This document shows positions 15,610 to 24,928 of a DNA stretch of 44,683 nt, piece after piece (positions within the stretch are counted from its first letter, which is position 1; every line of letters starts with the position of its first letter). The DNA lies in UHGV virus genome UHGV-0176991; one strand, given 5' to 3'. Under the pieces are notes generated by a model. The model ran no database searches. It was not told the origin of the DNA and was given only the letters and a program-made list of their open reading frames with translations. Source of the stretch: a virus. The translations under genes were made by a program, and so were the position numbers.

Positions 15610-15769
15610 TATTAGCGCAGCAATCGAAGAAGCAATCTGGCGCCGCTACAACGGCGAGCAACAGCGGCACTTCTGCCTGGTGCAACGGGGTAACATGATT
15701 GCCGTAGTGCAGGACCGCGATAACAAATATCCGAATACGATGTGGACGACGAGGAATTTCTTAGGATGA
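15599..15769 (+). CDS. hypothetical small protein (56 aa)
   Basis: Hand translation; overlaps next start. Confidence 0.3.
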   Translation: MFSDISAAIEEAIWRRYNGEQQRHFCLVQRGNMIAVVQDRDNKYPNTMWTTRNFLG

Positions 15770-16002
15770 TTACCAGCATTCCGAACCTTATTAAAGAATT
15801 TGGTACGATGGCGGAGACATGCCGACAAACCGGCATCAACGAAATGACGATTGCGAAGTACAGCAAAGACGTTAACTGCGAGCGCCACGTAATTTATAAC
15901 AACCGTCTGATGACGCATGTTAAGACAAGCCCGGTGTTATTCACACGCCGCGGTATCACTAAAACTGAGCAACGCATTGCTAAAGAGGGGAGCGGGGAAT
16001 GA
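15766..16002 (+). CDS. hypothetical protein
   Basis: Internal ATG of ORF 15742..16002. Confidence 0.4.
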   Translation: MITSIPNLIKEFGTMAETCRQTGINEMTIAKYSKDVNCERHVIYNNRLMTHVKTSPVLFTRRGITKTEQRIAKEGSGE

Positions 16003-16178
16003 ATATTTTAGAATTACTTAGCAACATCGGTCTCAAGGTGTTTTGGTTTGCGTTTTTAATGGCTTTCTGGGTCAATCCCAAAACATTTACCAATCTACCA
16101 CGCTACATTTGGTGGCCTATGTTTTTCGGCCTGGTAACATCAGGTATTGCTGATGCCCTGTTGAGATTCGTAAAATGA
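15999..16178 (+). CDS. small membrane protein (59 aa)
   Basis: Hand translation MNILELLSNIGLKVFWFAFLMAFWVNPK... Confidence 0.4.
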   Translation: MNILELLSNIGLKVFWFAFLMAFWVNPKTFTNLPRYIWWPMFFGLVTSGIADALLRFVK

Positions 16179-16280
16179 GACTACTAATCATACCTGACGC
16201 ATGGGCTATTGCCGTAGCTAACGACCACTACGGCGGCGATGGTAAAAGAGCACCACGACACGGCCTATACAACTGATACA

Positions 16281-16304
16281 AGCCCTCTACGGAGGGCTTT
16301 TCTG
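16281..16304 (+). terminator. intrinsic terminator
   Basis: agccctc-tacg-gagggct followed by tttctgt. Confidence 0.5.
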
Positions 16305-16397
16305 TACATCCCGCCCAATCCCCTTATATAATCCCTTTAGACGCGTAGGGCGCGTCTGGTGCGCTCTGATGGTCAGACGCATATGCAAGGGGATTCT

Positions 16398-16943
16398 ATG
16401 AAGCTGAAACTAAAGCAGCCGTCGCCAGAGGTGGTGCAAGCTGCACATGAAGAAGCTGTTAGCGCAAACCGTCGCCGTAAACGGCCACGCGGTAAACAGA
16501 GCCTTTATCAATCATCCCGTAATTCCGCCGCGTTGTGGGACCCGGACTACTGCGACGCTTTAATCGAGTTCTTCGACCGCACGTCGTGGGAGCTTGTTCC
16601 TACGTCCAAAGGCGACGAGCGCCCGCTGATTCAGGATAAGCCGCCGTCGCTGGCCCGCTTCGCCTTACACATCGGCGTCACTATCCCGATTATTAAGCTG
16701 TGGCTGCGTGAGATTCCAGCATTTGCAGAAGCCTGGGAGACAGCACAGGCGCTGGAAGAGGCGTACTTCACTGAGACAGGGGCCGCGGGCATCTCCGCTA
16801 CGTTTGCTGCGGCTAAGCTGGGCCTCAGCAAAGAGAAACCGGTTGAATCGACCGAAGAAACGGCACCGACCGAGATTGTTTTCAGCGTTGCGGAGCCTGT
16901 AGGTAAAATCGTAACAACGAATATGGGAGAGGTAGAGGAATGA
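16398..16943 (+). CDS. terS: terminase small subunit
   Basis: Directly upstream of and overlapping terL; HTH-like SLARFALHIGVTIPIIKLWL; AAGGGGA SD. Confidence 0.6.
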   Translation: MKLKLKQPSPEVVQAAHEEAVSANRRRKRPRGKQSLYQSSRNSAALWDPDYCDALIEFFDRTSWELVPTSKGDERPLIQDKPPSLARFALHIGVTIPIIKLWLREIPAFAEAWETAQALEEAYFTETGAAGISATFAAAKLGLSKEKPVESTEETAPTEIVFSVAEPVGKIVTTNMGEVEE

Positions 16944-18190
16944 GTATTCAGCTATCCGCTCCACAGGCGCTGTTCCTGAATTGCGATAACAAATACAAGG
17001 CATACGTCGGCGGCTTCGGTAGCGGCAAAACCTTTGTTGGCTGTCTGGACCTGCTTACGTTTATACTAAAGCACCCCGGTACACGCCTCGGCTACTTCGG
17101 CCCCACATACCCGGCTATCCGCGACATTTTCTACCCGACATTCGAGGAAGCGGCTAACCTACTCGGCCTCGATGTGCTGGTTAAATCCGGCGACAAAGAA
17201 GTCGTGGTTACGCGAGGCAAGACGGTGCTCGGTACGGTTATCTGCCGTTCAATGGATAACCCGGGTTCGATAGTTGGTTTCAAAATCGCGGCTGCGGTCG
17301 TCGATGAGTTGGACGTATTGAGCCGTGAGAAAGCGGAACTGGCGTGGAACAAAATCGTAGCCCGTATGCGTCTGGTTATCCCGGGCGTAATTAACCACAT
17401 CTCCGTCACCACGACGCCGGAAGGGTTCAAGTTCGTCTACGCCAAGTTCAAAGAGAACCCGACGCCGAGTTACTCGATGGTTCAGGCTTCCACTCATGAG
17501 AATGCGCGATTCCTGCCGCCGGATTACATTAGCTCGCTGACCGAGACTTACCCGGCGCAACTGATTAACGCGTATCTGAACGGTGAGTTCGTTAACCTGA
17601 CATCCGGCAGCGTGTACTACGCCTATGACCGCCGTAAGCACCGCAGCAAAGAGACAATTCAACCGGGCGACACTCTGTATATCGGGCAGGACTTCAACGT
17701 TACAAAGAACGCAAGCGCCGTGTATGTGCAACGTAAAGACGGCTGGCACGCTGTCGCTGAACTGAAAGGCCTGTTCGATACGCCGGACACCGTGCGCGTA
17801 ATTACCGAGAAGTGGAAGTCGCAAGGCCACCGCATCGTCGTTTACCCCGACGCCAGCGGAAAGAACCGCAAAACCAACTCGGCGTCAATCTCTGATATCG
17901 CCTTACTACAGCAGGCCGGGTTCGATGTTCGCGCTAAATCCGCCAACCCACCGGTTAAAGACCGTGTTTTAGCCGTGAATACCGCGCTGGAAAAAGGTAA
18001 GCTGTGGGTTAACGACCACTTATGCCCCGAGATAGCGAAGACGCTGGAGCAGCAGGCATACGACGATAACGGTGAACCAGCTAAAGACGGCGTTATTGAC
18101 CATATGGCGGATGCTCTCGGCTATCCTGTAGTTTACGAGATGCCGGTGGTTAAACCAGTAATCAACATCCCGGTGACTTTCGCACTTTAA
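16940..18190 (+). CDS. terL: terminase large subunit
   Basis: Walker A GGFGSGKT, Walker B AAVVDELD, C-terminal nuclease-type acidic residues. Confidence 0.9.
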   Translation: MSIQLSAPQALFLNCDNKYKAYVGGFGSGKTFVGCLDLLTFILKHPGTRLGYFGPTYPAIRDIFYPTFEEAANLLGLDVLVKSGDKEVVVTRGKTVLGTVICRSMDNPGSIVGFKIAAAVVDELDVLSREKAELAWNKIVARMRLVIPGVINHISVTTTPEGFKFVYAKFKENPTPSYSMVQASTHENARFLPPDYISSLTETYPAQLINAYLNGEFVNLTSGSVYYAYDRRKHRSKETIQPGDTLYIGQDFNVTKNASAVYVQRKDGWHAVAELKGLFDTPDTVRVITEKWKSQGHRIVVYPDASGKNRKTNSASISDIALLQQAGFDVRAKSANPPVKDRVLAVNTALEKGKLWVNDHLCPEIAKTLEQQAYDDNGEPAKDGVIDHMADALGYPVVYEMPVVKPVINIPVTFAL

Positions 18191-18202
18191 GAGGATTATT
18201 CA

Positions 18203-19672
18203 ATGTTAACTATGAACGGTCAGAATCAGGGTGTTAAGACAAAACACCGGGAATGGCTGCATCACTTCGATAAATGGCAGAAGGTACGCCACGCGCTGGA
18301 AGGCGACCTTATTCGCTATCTTCGCAACGTCGGGAAGAACGAGCCGGACCCGACCTATGCAGCCCAGCGCCAGGAAGAATATGAGAACGGCGCTATCTGC
18401 TACAACTTCACTAAACGTACCCTGGCCGGGATGGTCGGGTCAGTGATGCGCAAGGACCCCGAGCAGATTATCCCGCCTGAGCTTGAGTACCTGTTACGCA
18501 ACGCCGATGGTTCTGGTGTCGGGCTGTGGCAGCACGCGCAGGATACGCTAATGGAGATTGACTCGGTAGGCCGGGGCGGGTTGCTGGTGGACGCCCCGGA
18601 GACCGCCGCTGCAACGGCGGCAGAGCAGAACGCGGGATTATTAAACCCGGTCATCGCATTCTACACCGCAGAGAACATCATCAACTGGCGACTTACCCGC
18701 GTCGGTTCGGTTAACCGTGTGACGATGGTCGTGTTGCGAGAAGTATGGGAGTACTCGGAGACAGGTGCAGAGTTCGAAACAAAGTTCGGCGAGCAATACC
18801 GCGTTCTCGATTTGATTGACGGACGATACCGCCAGCGCATTTATCGCTTCGATGCCGAAGGTGGTGCTCAGGGTGAAGTAATCGAAATATTCCCGGAACT
18901 TGGCGAACAGTTGCGCGGCAAAATTCCGTTCACGTTCATTGGGGCGAGCAACAACGATGCAACTATTGACGATGCACCTTTGCTGCCGCTGGCTGAGCTT
19001 AATATCGGGCATTTCCGCAACAGCGCGGACAATGAGGAGTCCAGCTTCGTCGTAGGCCAGCCTACTCTGTTCATCGCCCCGGGCGATAACATGAGCATGG
19101 AACAGTGGAAAGAAGCCAACCCCCGCGGCGTCCGCATGGGGTCTCGTTCAGGCCATAACATCGGTTACGGCGGCAATGCGTTTCTTGTTCAGGCAGGAGA
19201 GAACAACCTGGCCAAGCAGAATATGCTGGATAAAGAGAATCAGGCCATCCAGATTGGCGCGCAGCTTATCACCCCGACGCAGCAAATCACCGCTGAATCA
19301 GCTCGCCTGCAACGCGGCGCTGACACGTCTGTTATGGCGACAATCGCACGTAACGTAAGCATGGCGTATACTGATGCGTTGCGCTGGGTGGCCGCAATGC
19401 TGGGGCTACGTGAAGGCACAGAGATTGAGTTCAAGCTGAATATGGAGTTCTTCCTGCAACCGATGACCTCTCAGGACCGCGCTCAGTGGATGGCTGATAT
19501 TAACGCGGGCTTGTTACCGGCTACCGCTTACTATGCTGCGTTGCGCAAGGCGGGTGTAACTGACTGGACAGACGAGGACATTCAGAACGCTATTGAGGAT
19601 GCACCGTTGCCGTTAGGCGCGGTTACTCCGGTAGCAGGAGAGATTCCGCAGTCGGCGCAGCAACAGGAGTAA
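18203..19672 (+). CDS. portal protein
   Basis: 489 aa immediately after terL; position and size. Confidence 0.7.
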   Translation: MLTMNGQNQGVKTKHREWLHHFDKWQKVRHALEGDLIRYLRNVGKNEPDPTYAAQRQEEYENGAICYNFTKRTLAGMVGSVMRKDPEQIIPPELEYLLRNADGSGVGLWQHAQDTLMEIDSVGRGGLLVDAPETAAATAAEQNAGLLNPVIAFYTAENIINWRLTRVGSVNRVTMVVLREVWEYSETGAEFETKFGEQYRVLDLIDGRYRQRIYRFDAEGGAQGEVIEIFPELGEQLRGKIPFTFIGASNNDATIDDAPLLPLAELNIGHFRNSADNEESSFVVGQPTLFIAPGDNMSMEQWKEANPRGVRMGSRSGHNIGYGGNAFLVQAGENNLAKQNMLDKENQAIQIGAQLITPTQQITAESARLQRGADTSVMATIARNVSMAYTDALRWVAAMLGLREGTEIEFKLNMEFFLQPMTSQDRAQWMADINAGLLPATAYYAALRKAGVTDWTDEDIQNAIEDAPLPLGAVTPVAGEIPQSAQQQE

Positions 19673-19675
19673 AGA

Positions 19676-19702
19676 AAAAGGCCCCGTAATGGGGCCTTAA
19701 TT
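19676..19702. terminator. bidirectional GC hairpin terminator
   Basis: aggcccc-gtaat-ggggcct flanked by A-run and T-rich tract. Confidence 0.55.
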
Positions 19703-19912
19703 TCAATACCAGTGTTCTAGCTCTTCCGCTATAGCCTTGTTGTACGTGTCTTGTGACATGTTCGCAATAAGTAACAAATCTATTTTGTTATCGAATCCGA
19801 ATATCTCGACGGAGTTACGGTAGTCGTAAGCCGCGTTAAACGCGTCTTTCTCATCGAAGCCATTATAGATAAATGCGTATATTAATTTGCCGACGTCCAA
19901 CTTCATTTTCAC
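19703..19912 (-). CDS. hypothetical protein, reverse-oriented between portal and head-morphogenesis genes
   Basis: 69 aa; aggag SD; divergent from 19993 gene. Confidence 0.5.
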   Translation of the reverse strand: MKMKLDVGKLIYAFIYNGFDEKDAFNAAYDYRNSVEIFGFDNKIDLLLIANMSQDTYNKAIAEELEHWY

Positions 19913-19992
19913 ACTCCTGTTTGGTTTACATGACTAGTGTCGTATTATGTTGCTAATCGTTCAAATCAACTTCTTAATCGAGACGATAAAAT

Positions 19993-21036
19993 ATGAGCTT
20001 ACTGACATCACTAATCAGCCACCAGATTTGGCTGCAACGCGCCGCATCCGGCGAGGTGAAAGACCTTGCGCCGTTCATTCAGGAGATGCGGGACGAAATC
20101 AAACGGCAGGTGCTGTTATTCGGTGACGACGGACGCAGTACTGCACGACTGAACAAACTGTTACGCGACCTCGAAGAAGCACTAACCGGGCTTACTGGCG
20201 ACTGGCAAACAAAGCTGACAGAAGACCTTAAGGAACTGGCGGTGTATGAGGCCGAGTGGAATGTAAAGACACTGACCGCCAACGTTAACGCGGAATTTGT
20301 TACGCCTACAGCCGAGCAGGTGTGGGCCGCTGCCGAGTTTCAGCCCTTATCGTTAAGCGACAAGCCTGTTGACTTCACTAAGCTGATGTCGGGCTGGGGC
20401 GAAACAGAGGTATCGCGCCTGGTAACAGGTGTTAAGATGGGTTTCGTACAAGGTCAAACCACACGGCAGATTGTTAAAAATGTCGTAGGCGCTGGTGGAC
20501 TGGCAGACATCTCTGAACGTAATGCGGCTACAGTAATCCGCACTGCTCTGTCTCACGTATCCAACGAAGCCCGCAACGAGACGTACCGCCAGAACGACGG
20601 CATTATCGAGAAGTACGAGTGGGTGTCGACGCTGGACAGCCGCACCAGTACGATTTGCAGGTCCAGAGACGGAATGACATGGGAAATTGGTAAAGGGCCG
20701 ATGCCCCCCGCCCATCCGAACTGCAGGTCGTGCACGGCTCCGGTAATAAGTTCCGAGTTCGACTTCCTCGATAAAGGTGCAAAACGTGCTGCTAAGGGCG
20801 CGGACGGGGGTACTCAGGTAAGTGCAGACACCACTTACTACGAGTTCCTGAAACAGCAACCGGCGTGGTTTCAGGACCAGGCGCTCGGCCCTGTTCGCGG
20901 TAAGATTTTCCGTAACAGCGGTATATCGCCGGAAGAGTTTCGCGTAATATCTGTAGATGGTTTCGGGAATCCGCTCACGCTTAAGCAGATGGCGGAACTC
21001 GATAAACGTGTTGCTGATTATCTGAAAGGGGAATAA
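19993..21036 (+). CDS. head morphogenesis protein (Mu gpF / SPP1 gp7-like)
   Basis: VSTLDSRTSTICRSRDGMTWEIGKGPMPPAHPNCRSCTAPV signature. Confidence 0.75.
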   Translation: MSLLTSLISHQIWLQRAASGEVKDLAPFIQEMRDEIKRQVLLFGDDGRSTARLNKLLRDLEEALTGLTGDWQTKLTEDLKELAVYEAEWNVKTLTANVNAEFVTPTAEQVWAAAEFQPLSLSDKPVDFTKLMSGWGETEVSRLVTGVKMGFVQGQTTRQIVKNVVGAGGLADISERNAATVIRTALSHVSNEARNETYRQNDGIIEKYEWVSTLDSRTSTICRSRDGMTWEIGKGPMPPAHPNCRSCTAPVISSEFDFLDKGAKRAAKGADGGTQVSADTTYYEFLKQQPAWFQDQALGPVRGKIFRNSGISPEEFRVISVDGFGNPLTLKQMAELDKRVADYLKGE

Positions 21037-21497
21037 TGATGGGCTTTTTTAAAGTAACTGATGTACCGTCGCGTCGCGTAGTCCAGTACGCCCGCGTGTC
21101 TGGCTCTGGCGAGAACGTAGTGTTTATTGAAGACGAAAGTGTACTAGGTACACCAGTAGACGATATGCCGTTTGCAGATAAAACTGGTATTGCGCTACCG
21201 GCGGCGGGCATGCTTTATGAAATTCCGTATCTGGCGGATGCTGGCGAGGTGTATTTCTCAGTGCAACCCGCCGATACAGAACTGACCGACGGCAGCGTGA
21301 CTATCGCTGTCGAAGTTAAGGCGGGTAAAGCGCCGTATGCGCTGACCTGGTATAAGGACGGTAAGGAAGTGGTAAACGCGCCGGAAGAGGCTTTGTCTCT
21401 GACGGTTAATGCAGTCGGTGAATACTTCGTGAAAGTCACTGATGTCGATGGTGTAGAGGCGGTAAGTAAAGCGGCGAAGGTAACTAAGCCGGAATAA
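21036..21497 (+). CDS. Ig-like domain protein
   Basis: YALTWYKDGKEV...GEYFVKVTDVDG Ig-like pattern. Confidence 0.45.
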   Translation: MMGFFKVTDVPSRRVVQYARVSGSGENVVFIEDESVLGTPVDDMPFADKTGIALPAAGMLYEIPYLADAGEVYFSVQPADTELTDGSVTIAVEVKAGKAPYALTWYKDGKEVVNAPEEALSLTVNAVGEYFVKVTDVDGVEAVSKAAKVTKPE

Positions 21498-21500
21498 ACT

Positions 21501-21524
21501 AAGCCCCCGAAAGGGGCTTTTTAG
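21501..21524 (+). terminator. intrinsic terminator
   Basis: agcccc-cgaa-aggggct + ttttt. Confidence 0.7.
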
Positions 21525-21586
21525 TGCCTATGATTATTCCAGTTATTCCACTGAATTGTAAATGTTGGAATAAACTATTCGAATAG

Positions 21587-21615
21587 TTGACTTTTCACTA
21601 AAAATATGCTAAGCT
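21587..21615 (+). promoter_or_regulatory. sigma70-type promoter TTGACT-17-TAAGCT
   Basis: ttgacttttcactaaaaatatgctaagct. Confidence 0.45.
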
Positions 21616-21793
21616 CCACCTGAGCTTGTGAAGTATGAACAAGCGACCGCGGCGCGGGAGGGTAACGGAGCGGGACGTAAGTCCTGAGTGTAGTTACGCT
21701 GACGCGTTCGGAAGGGTCATACTCTATTGCTTGTGTAAAAAGTAACTGGTTTACTGAGATTACGCCGTTTCTATGTTTAAATGATAAGGCCTA

Positions 21794-21822
21794 GCGCCCC
21801 GCTTTATGGCGGGGCTTTACTT
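21794..21822 (+). terminator. intrinsic terminator
   Basis: gccccgc-tttatg-gcggggc + tttactt. Confidence 0.6.
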
Positions 21823-21839
21823 ATCGAGAAAGGAGAAAC

Positions 21840-22226
21840 ATGAATCTTAAAGCAACTGTCGTAGCGGGGGCATGTTTCATCATCCTGGCTTACGCACACG
21901 GCATCTGCCAATACCGCAGTGGCTGGAACGAAGGCCGGGCGAATCTCGTTTCGCAGCAACAGCAGAAGGCGCAGGCTGAATTAGCAAAGAAAACACAACG
22001 GCAGCAGCAGGATGAATCAAAGGCCGCAGCCGCCGACAACGAAGGCAAGACGAAATCAGAGGTGATTACCCGTGAAGTCGTTAAGTACATTAAAACGCCT
22101 GGTCGCAGCGTGTGCACTTTCGACGATGCTCGCGTCCTGCTCAAGTCCCGCGCCGTCGCAAACGCCAATTCCATCCCCGGATACGACGATGATGCAGCCG
22201 CCGTGCAAACTGGCACTGCCAAGTAG
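21840..22226 (+). CDS. Rz: i-spanin (Rz-like)
   Basis: N-terminal TM then Q/A-rich coiled coil; overlapped by lipoprotein ORF in +1 frame. Confidence 0.7.
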   Translation: MNLKATVVAGACFIILAYAHGICQYRSGWNEGRANLVSQQQQKAQAELAKKTQRQQQDESKAAAADNEGKTKSEVITREVVKYIKTPGRSVCTFDDARVLLKSRAVANANSIPGYDDDAAAVQTGTAK

Positions 22227-22335
22227 CGACGCCGACGAGGATTTAGCTATCGACGTTCAGAATACTGAATGTGTACGGCAACTGAGACTGAAAGTGTTCA
22301 TGTTGCAGGATTACGTGAGGAATATTCTGGAATAG
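22072..22335 (+). CDS. Rz1: o-spanin (Rz1-like lipoprotein)
   Basis: Signal peptide with lipobox LASC, proline-rich mature region SSPAPSQTPIPSP; starts inside Rz in another frame. Confidence 0.7.
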   Translation: MKSLSTLKRLVAACALSTMLASCSSPAPSQTPIPSPDTTMMQPPCKLALPSSDADEDLAIDVQNTECVRQLRLKVFMLQDYVRNILE

Positions 22336-22417
22336 TTGCCTTGCATGTTGGAATAATTTATTCTTGACATGTAAATCCGGGTGGCCCGGATTCCAACGTC
22401 CAGGGGACATACTGACT

Positions 22418-23119
22418 ATGAATCGTTTTTTATGTTATCCGTTCCAGGAAGAAGCTGGGGCAGAAGATAAAGCCGGCGGCGGTGATGCGCCGAAAATGTT
22501 CACAGCTGAAGAAGTTCAGGCGCTGATTGAGAAAGAAGTTGCCGGACTTAAGGCCAATCAGGAAGCATTGCTGGCGGAGAAGAAAGAAGCTGCTCGCAAA
22601 GCAAAAGAGGCCGAAGACGAACGGCAGCGCGCACACCAGGAGGCGTTAAAAGCCGCTGGTAAGATGGACGAGTTCGAAAAGACGATTCGTAGCCAGTATG
22701 ACCCGGTGTTAGCCGAGAAAGATGGTCGCATCTCCCGAATGGCAGAGCGCATCCTCGGCAGCGAACGTAAAGCGGTGTTAGGCTCTTTCGCGGGTGATTT
22801 TATTACCCCGGAAGCAGTAGACATTCTTGCTCCGTTCGTTAAGACTGAGTTCGAAGGCGATGACGTGGTTACTAAGTTTGTCGGAGCAGACGGCAACGTA
22901 ATCACGACTGACCCGGAACAGTTCCGCAAATACCTGCGCGAACACAAAGCGTTTTCGCATTTGATTAAAGCAAATGCAGCTTCCGGCGGCGGGGCTTCCG
23001 GTAGCAAAGGCGGCGGGGCCGCACCAGCGTTTAAAGACATGAGTGAAGCGGAGCGTTTAGCTCTGTATAAATCGAACCCTGCCGAATTTGAACGGCAACT
23101 TAAAGCCCTGAGGAAATAA
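22418..23119 (+). CDS. scaffolding protein
   Basis: Charged, alanine/lysine/glutamate-rich helical protein immediately upstream of major capsid gene; ATG 22418 preferred over TTG 22364. Confidence 0.55.
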   Translation: MNRFLCYPFQEEAGAEDKAGGGDAPKMFTAEEVQALIEKEVAGLKANQEALLAEKKEAARKAKEAEDERQRAHQEALKAAGKMDEFEKTIRSQYDPVLAEKDGRISRMAERILGSERKAVLGSFAGDFITPEAVDILAPFVKTEFEGDDVVTKFVGADGNVITTDPEQFRKYLREHKAFSHLIKANAASGGGASGSKGGGAAPAFKDMSEAERLALYKSNPAEFERQLKALRK

Positions 23120-23121
23120 TA

Positions 23122-24171
23122 ATGGCAATTACCACTATCGGCGATATCGTAACTGGCAACATCCCGGTCCTGGCGTCTTATATGACCGAGGACCCGGTAG
23201 AAAAAACCGCGTTCTTCCAGTCCGGTATTCTTACCCCGACTCCGTACGCTGCCGAGATTGCCCGCGGCCCGTCCAACATCGCTAATATTCCTTTCTGGAA
23301 AGCGATTGATACCTCTATCGAGCCTAACTACTCGAACGATGTATACCAGGACATCGCAACCCCGCGTAACGTGCAGACCGGTGAGATGATGGCCCGCGTT
23401 GCGTACCTGAACGAAGGTTTTGGTCAGGCAGATTTGACCGTTGAACTGACCAGCCAGAACCCGCTGCAATCCGTAGCGTCCCGCCTGGATAACTTCTGGC
23501 AGCGCCAGGCGCAACGTCGTCTGATTGCTACCGCGCTCGGCCTGTACAACGACAACGTAGCCGCTACCGATGCTTACCACGAGCAGAACGACATGGTTGT
23601 AGACGTGTCCTCTACTCTGGGCTTCGATGCCGGTGCATTCATCGACGCTACCCAGACTATGGGTGATGCACTGATGGGTAACGGTGGTGAAGTGCTGGGC
23701 GCTATTGCGATGCACAGCTTCGTTTATGCGCAGGCTCGTAAGCAGCAGCTTATCGACTTCATCCGTGACGCTGACAACAACACCATGTTCGCCACCTACC
23801 AGGGCTACCGCGTTATTGTTGACGACAGCATGACCGTAGTCGGTACAGGTGGCGACCGTAAGTTTATCTCCATCATCTTCGGCAACGGCGCTATCGGTTA
23901 CGGTGAAGGTAACCCAACCAATCCGCTGGCCTATGAGCGCGAAGAGTCTCGCGGCAACGGTGGCGGCGTTGAAACCCTGTGGACCCGCAAGACCTGGTTG
24001 CTGCATCCGCTGGGCTACAGCTTCACCAGCGCGGTAATCACCGGTAACGGCACCGAGACTATCGCCCGCTCTGCTTCCTGGCAGGACCTGGCGAACGCCT
24101 CCAACTGGAACCGCGTTGTTGACCGTAAGCATGTGCCGATTGCCTTCCTGGTAACTGGTGTTGGTGCTTAA
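23122..24171 (+). CDS. major capsid protein
   Basis: 349 aa after scaffold, followed by strong terminator. Confidence 0.7.
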   Translation: MAITTIGDIVTGNIPVLASYMTEDPVEKTAFFQSGILTPTPYAAEIARGPSNIANIPFWKAIDTSIEPNYSNDVYQDIATPRNVQTGEMMARVAYLNEGFGQADLTVELTSQNPLQSVASRLDNFWQRQAQRRLIATALGLYNDNVAATDAYHEQNDMVVDVSSTLGFDAGAFIDATQTMGDALMGNGGEVLGAIAMHSFVYAQARKQQLIDFIRDADNNTMFATYQGYRVIVDDSMTVVGTGGDRKFISIIFGNGAIGYGEGNPTNPLAYEREESRGNGGGVETLWTRKTWLLHPLGYSFTSAVITGNGTETIARSASWQDLANASNWNRVVDRKHVPIAFLVTGVGA

Positions 24172-24187
24172 TTTGTAGGTATAATCT

Positions 24188-24215
24188 AAGGGGACTTCGG
24201 TCCCCTTTTCTTTTA
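24188..24215 (+). terminator. intrinsic terminator
   Basis: ggggac-ttcg-gtcccc + ttttctttt. Confidence 0.7.
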
Positions 24216-24229
24216 CTAAGAGGTAAATT

Positions 24230-24529
24230 ATGGCTAAGACCGGAAAAGGCTTACCGCGCAGCCTTCAGAACGTTGACTTTAGCGACCTAGATATCCCAGT
24301 GACGCCTGCTACTACCAGCGTAGTTGGTGGGGTTAAAAAGTCAGCTACTGTGGCTGCACCTGCGGCCATTACCGCCGCCGCCGGGGTGCAGTCCGCTGCG
24401 GACCCGACTAAAGCCGAGTTCGATGCGCTTGTAGCGGAGTACAATAAACTCCGAACCGATGTTACCGCGCTGCGTACTACCGTAGCGAACCTGTTAACCG
24501 CGCTTAAAAACGCAGGAACTGTAAGCTAA
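24230..24529 (+). CDS. head-associated protein (possible decoration protein)
   Basis: 99 aa, Ala-rich; position. Confidence 0.4.
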   Translation: MAKTGKGLPRSLQNVDFSDLDIPVTPATTSVVGGVKKSATVAAPAAITAAAGVQSAADPTKAEFDALVAEYNKLRTDVTALRTTVANLLTALKNAGTVS

Positions 24530-24541
24530 AGGAGCTTAAAA

Positions 24542-24892
24542 ATGGTTGATGTAATTAAACGTCGAATTACTGGCGTCTCTGACGACTCCCCGGCCGATGG
24601 TCAGGTAGAAATCGACATGGCAAATATCTCACCAGCATCTTTTTCTACCGCGCTCGCGGCTACCACCACAGTTACGGCAGGACAGACTATGACCCTGACC
24701 GTCGCGGTAACTGGCGGTCTGGGGCCATATTCCTACCAGTGGTACAAGAACAACAACGCTATCGCCGGGGCAAACGCTGCTACCTATGCGAAGGCGTCCA
24801 CTACTACCGCAGATTCAGGCACGTATAAAGTGGTTGTTCACGATGTGTATGGTAATATTATCTCCAGCAGCACTGTAGCAACTGTGTCTTAA
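24542..24892 (+). CDS. Ig-like domain protein (possible capsid decoration)
   Basis: YSYQWYKNNNAIAGA...DSGTYKVVVHD Ig-like pattern. Confidence 0.5.
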   Translation: MVDVIKRRITGVSDDSPADGQVEIDMANISPASFSTALAATTTVTAGQTMTLTVAVTGGLGPYSYQWYKNNNAIAGANAATYAKASTTTADSGTYKVVVHDVYGNIISSSTVATVS

Positions 24893-24928
24893 TACAACGG
24901 CCCTTCGGGGCCGTAATAAGGAAAGGTC

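Noticed and set aside
22364-22395. TTGACA at 22364 as the -35 of a scaffold-gene promoter
   Set aside because: No acceptable -10 hexamer at 16-18 nt spacing (downstream sequence is a GC hairpin ccgggtggcccgg); left as unassigned regulatory sequence.
22558-24132. 524-codon minus-strand ORF antisense to scaffold and major capsid genes
   Set aside because: Lies entirely opposite two well-supported, highly expressed structural genes, has no SD or promoter, and its translation is low-complexity; typical stop-poor antisense frame.
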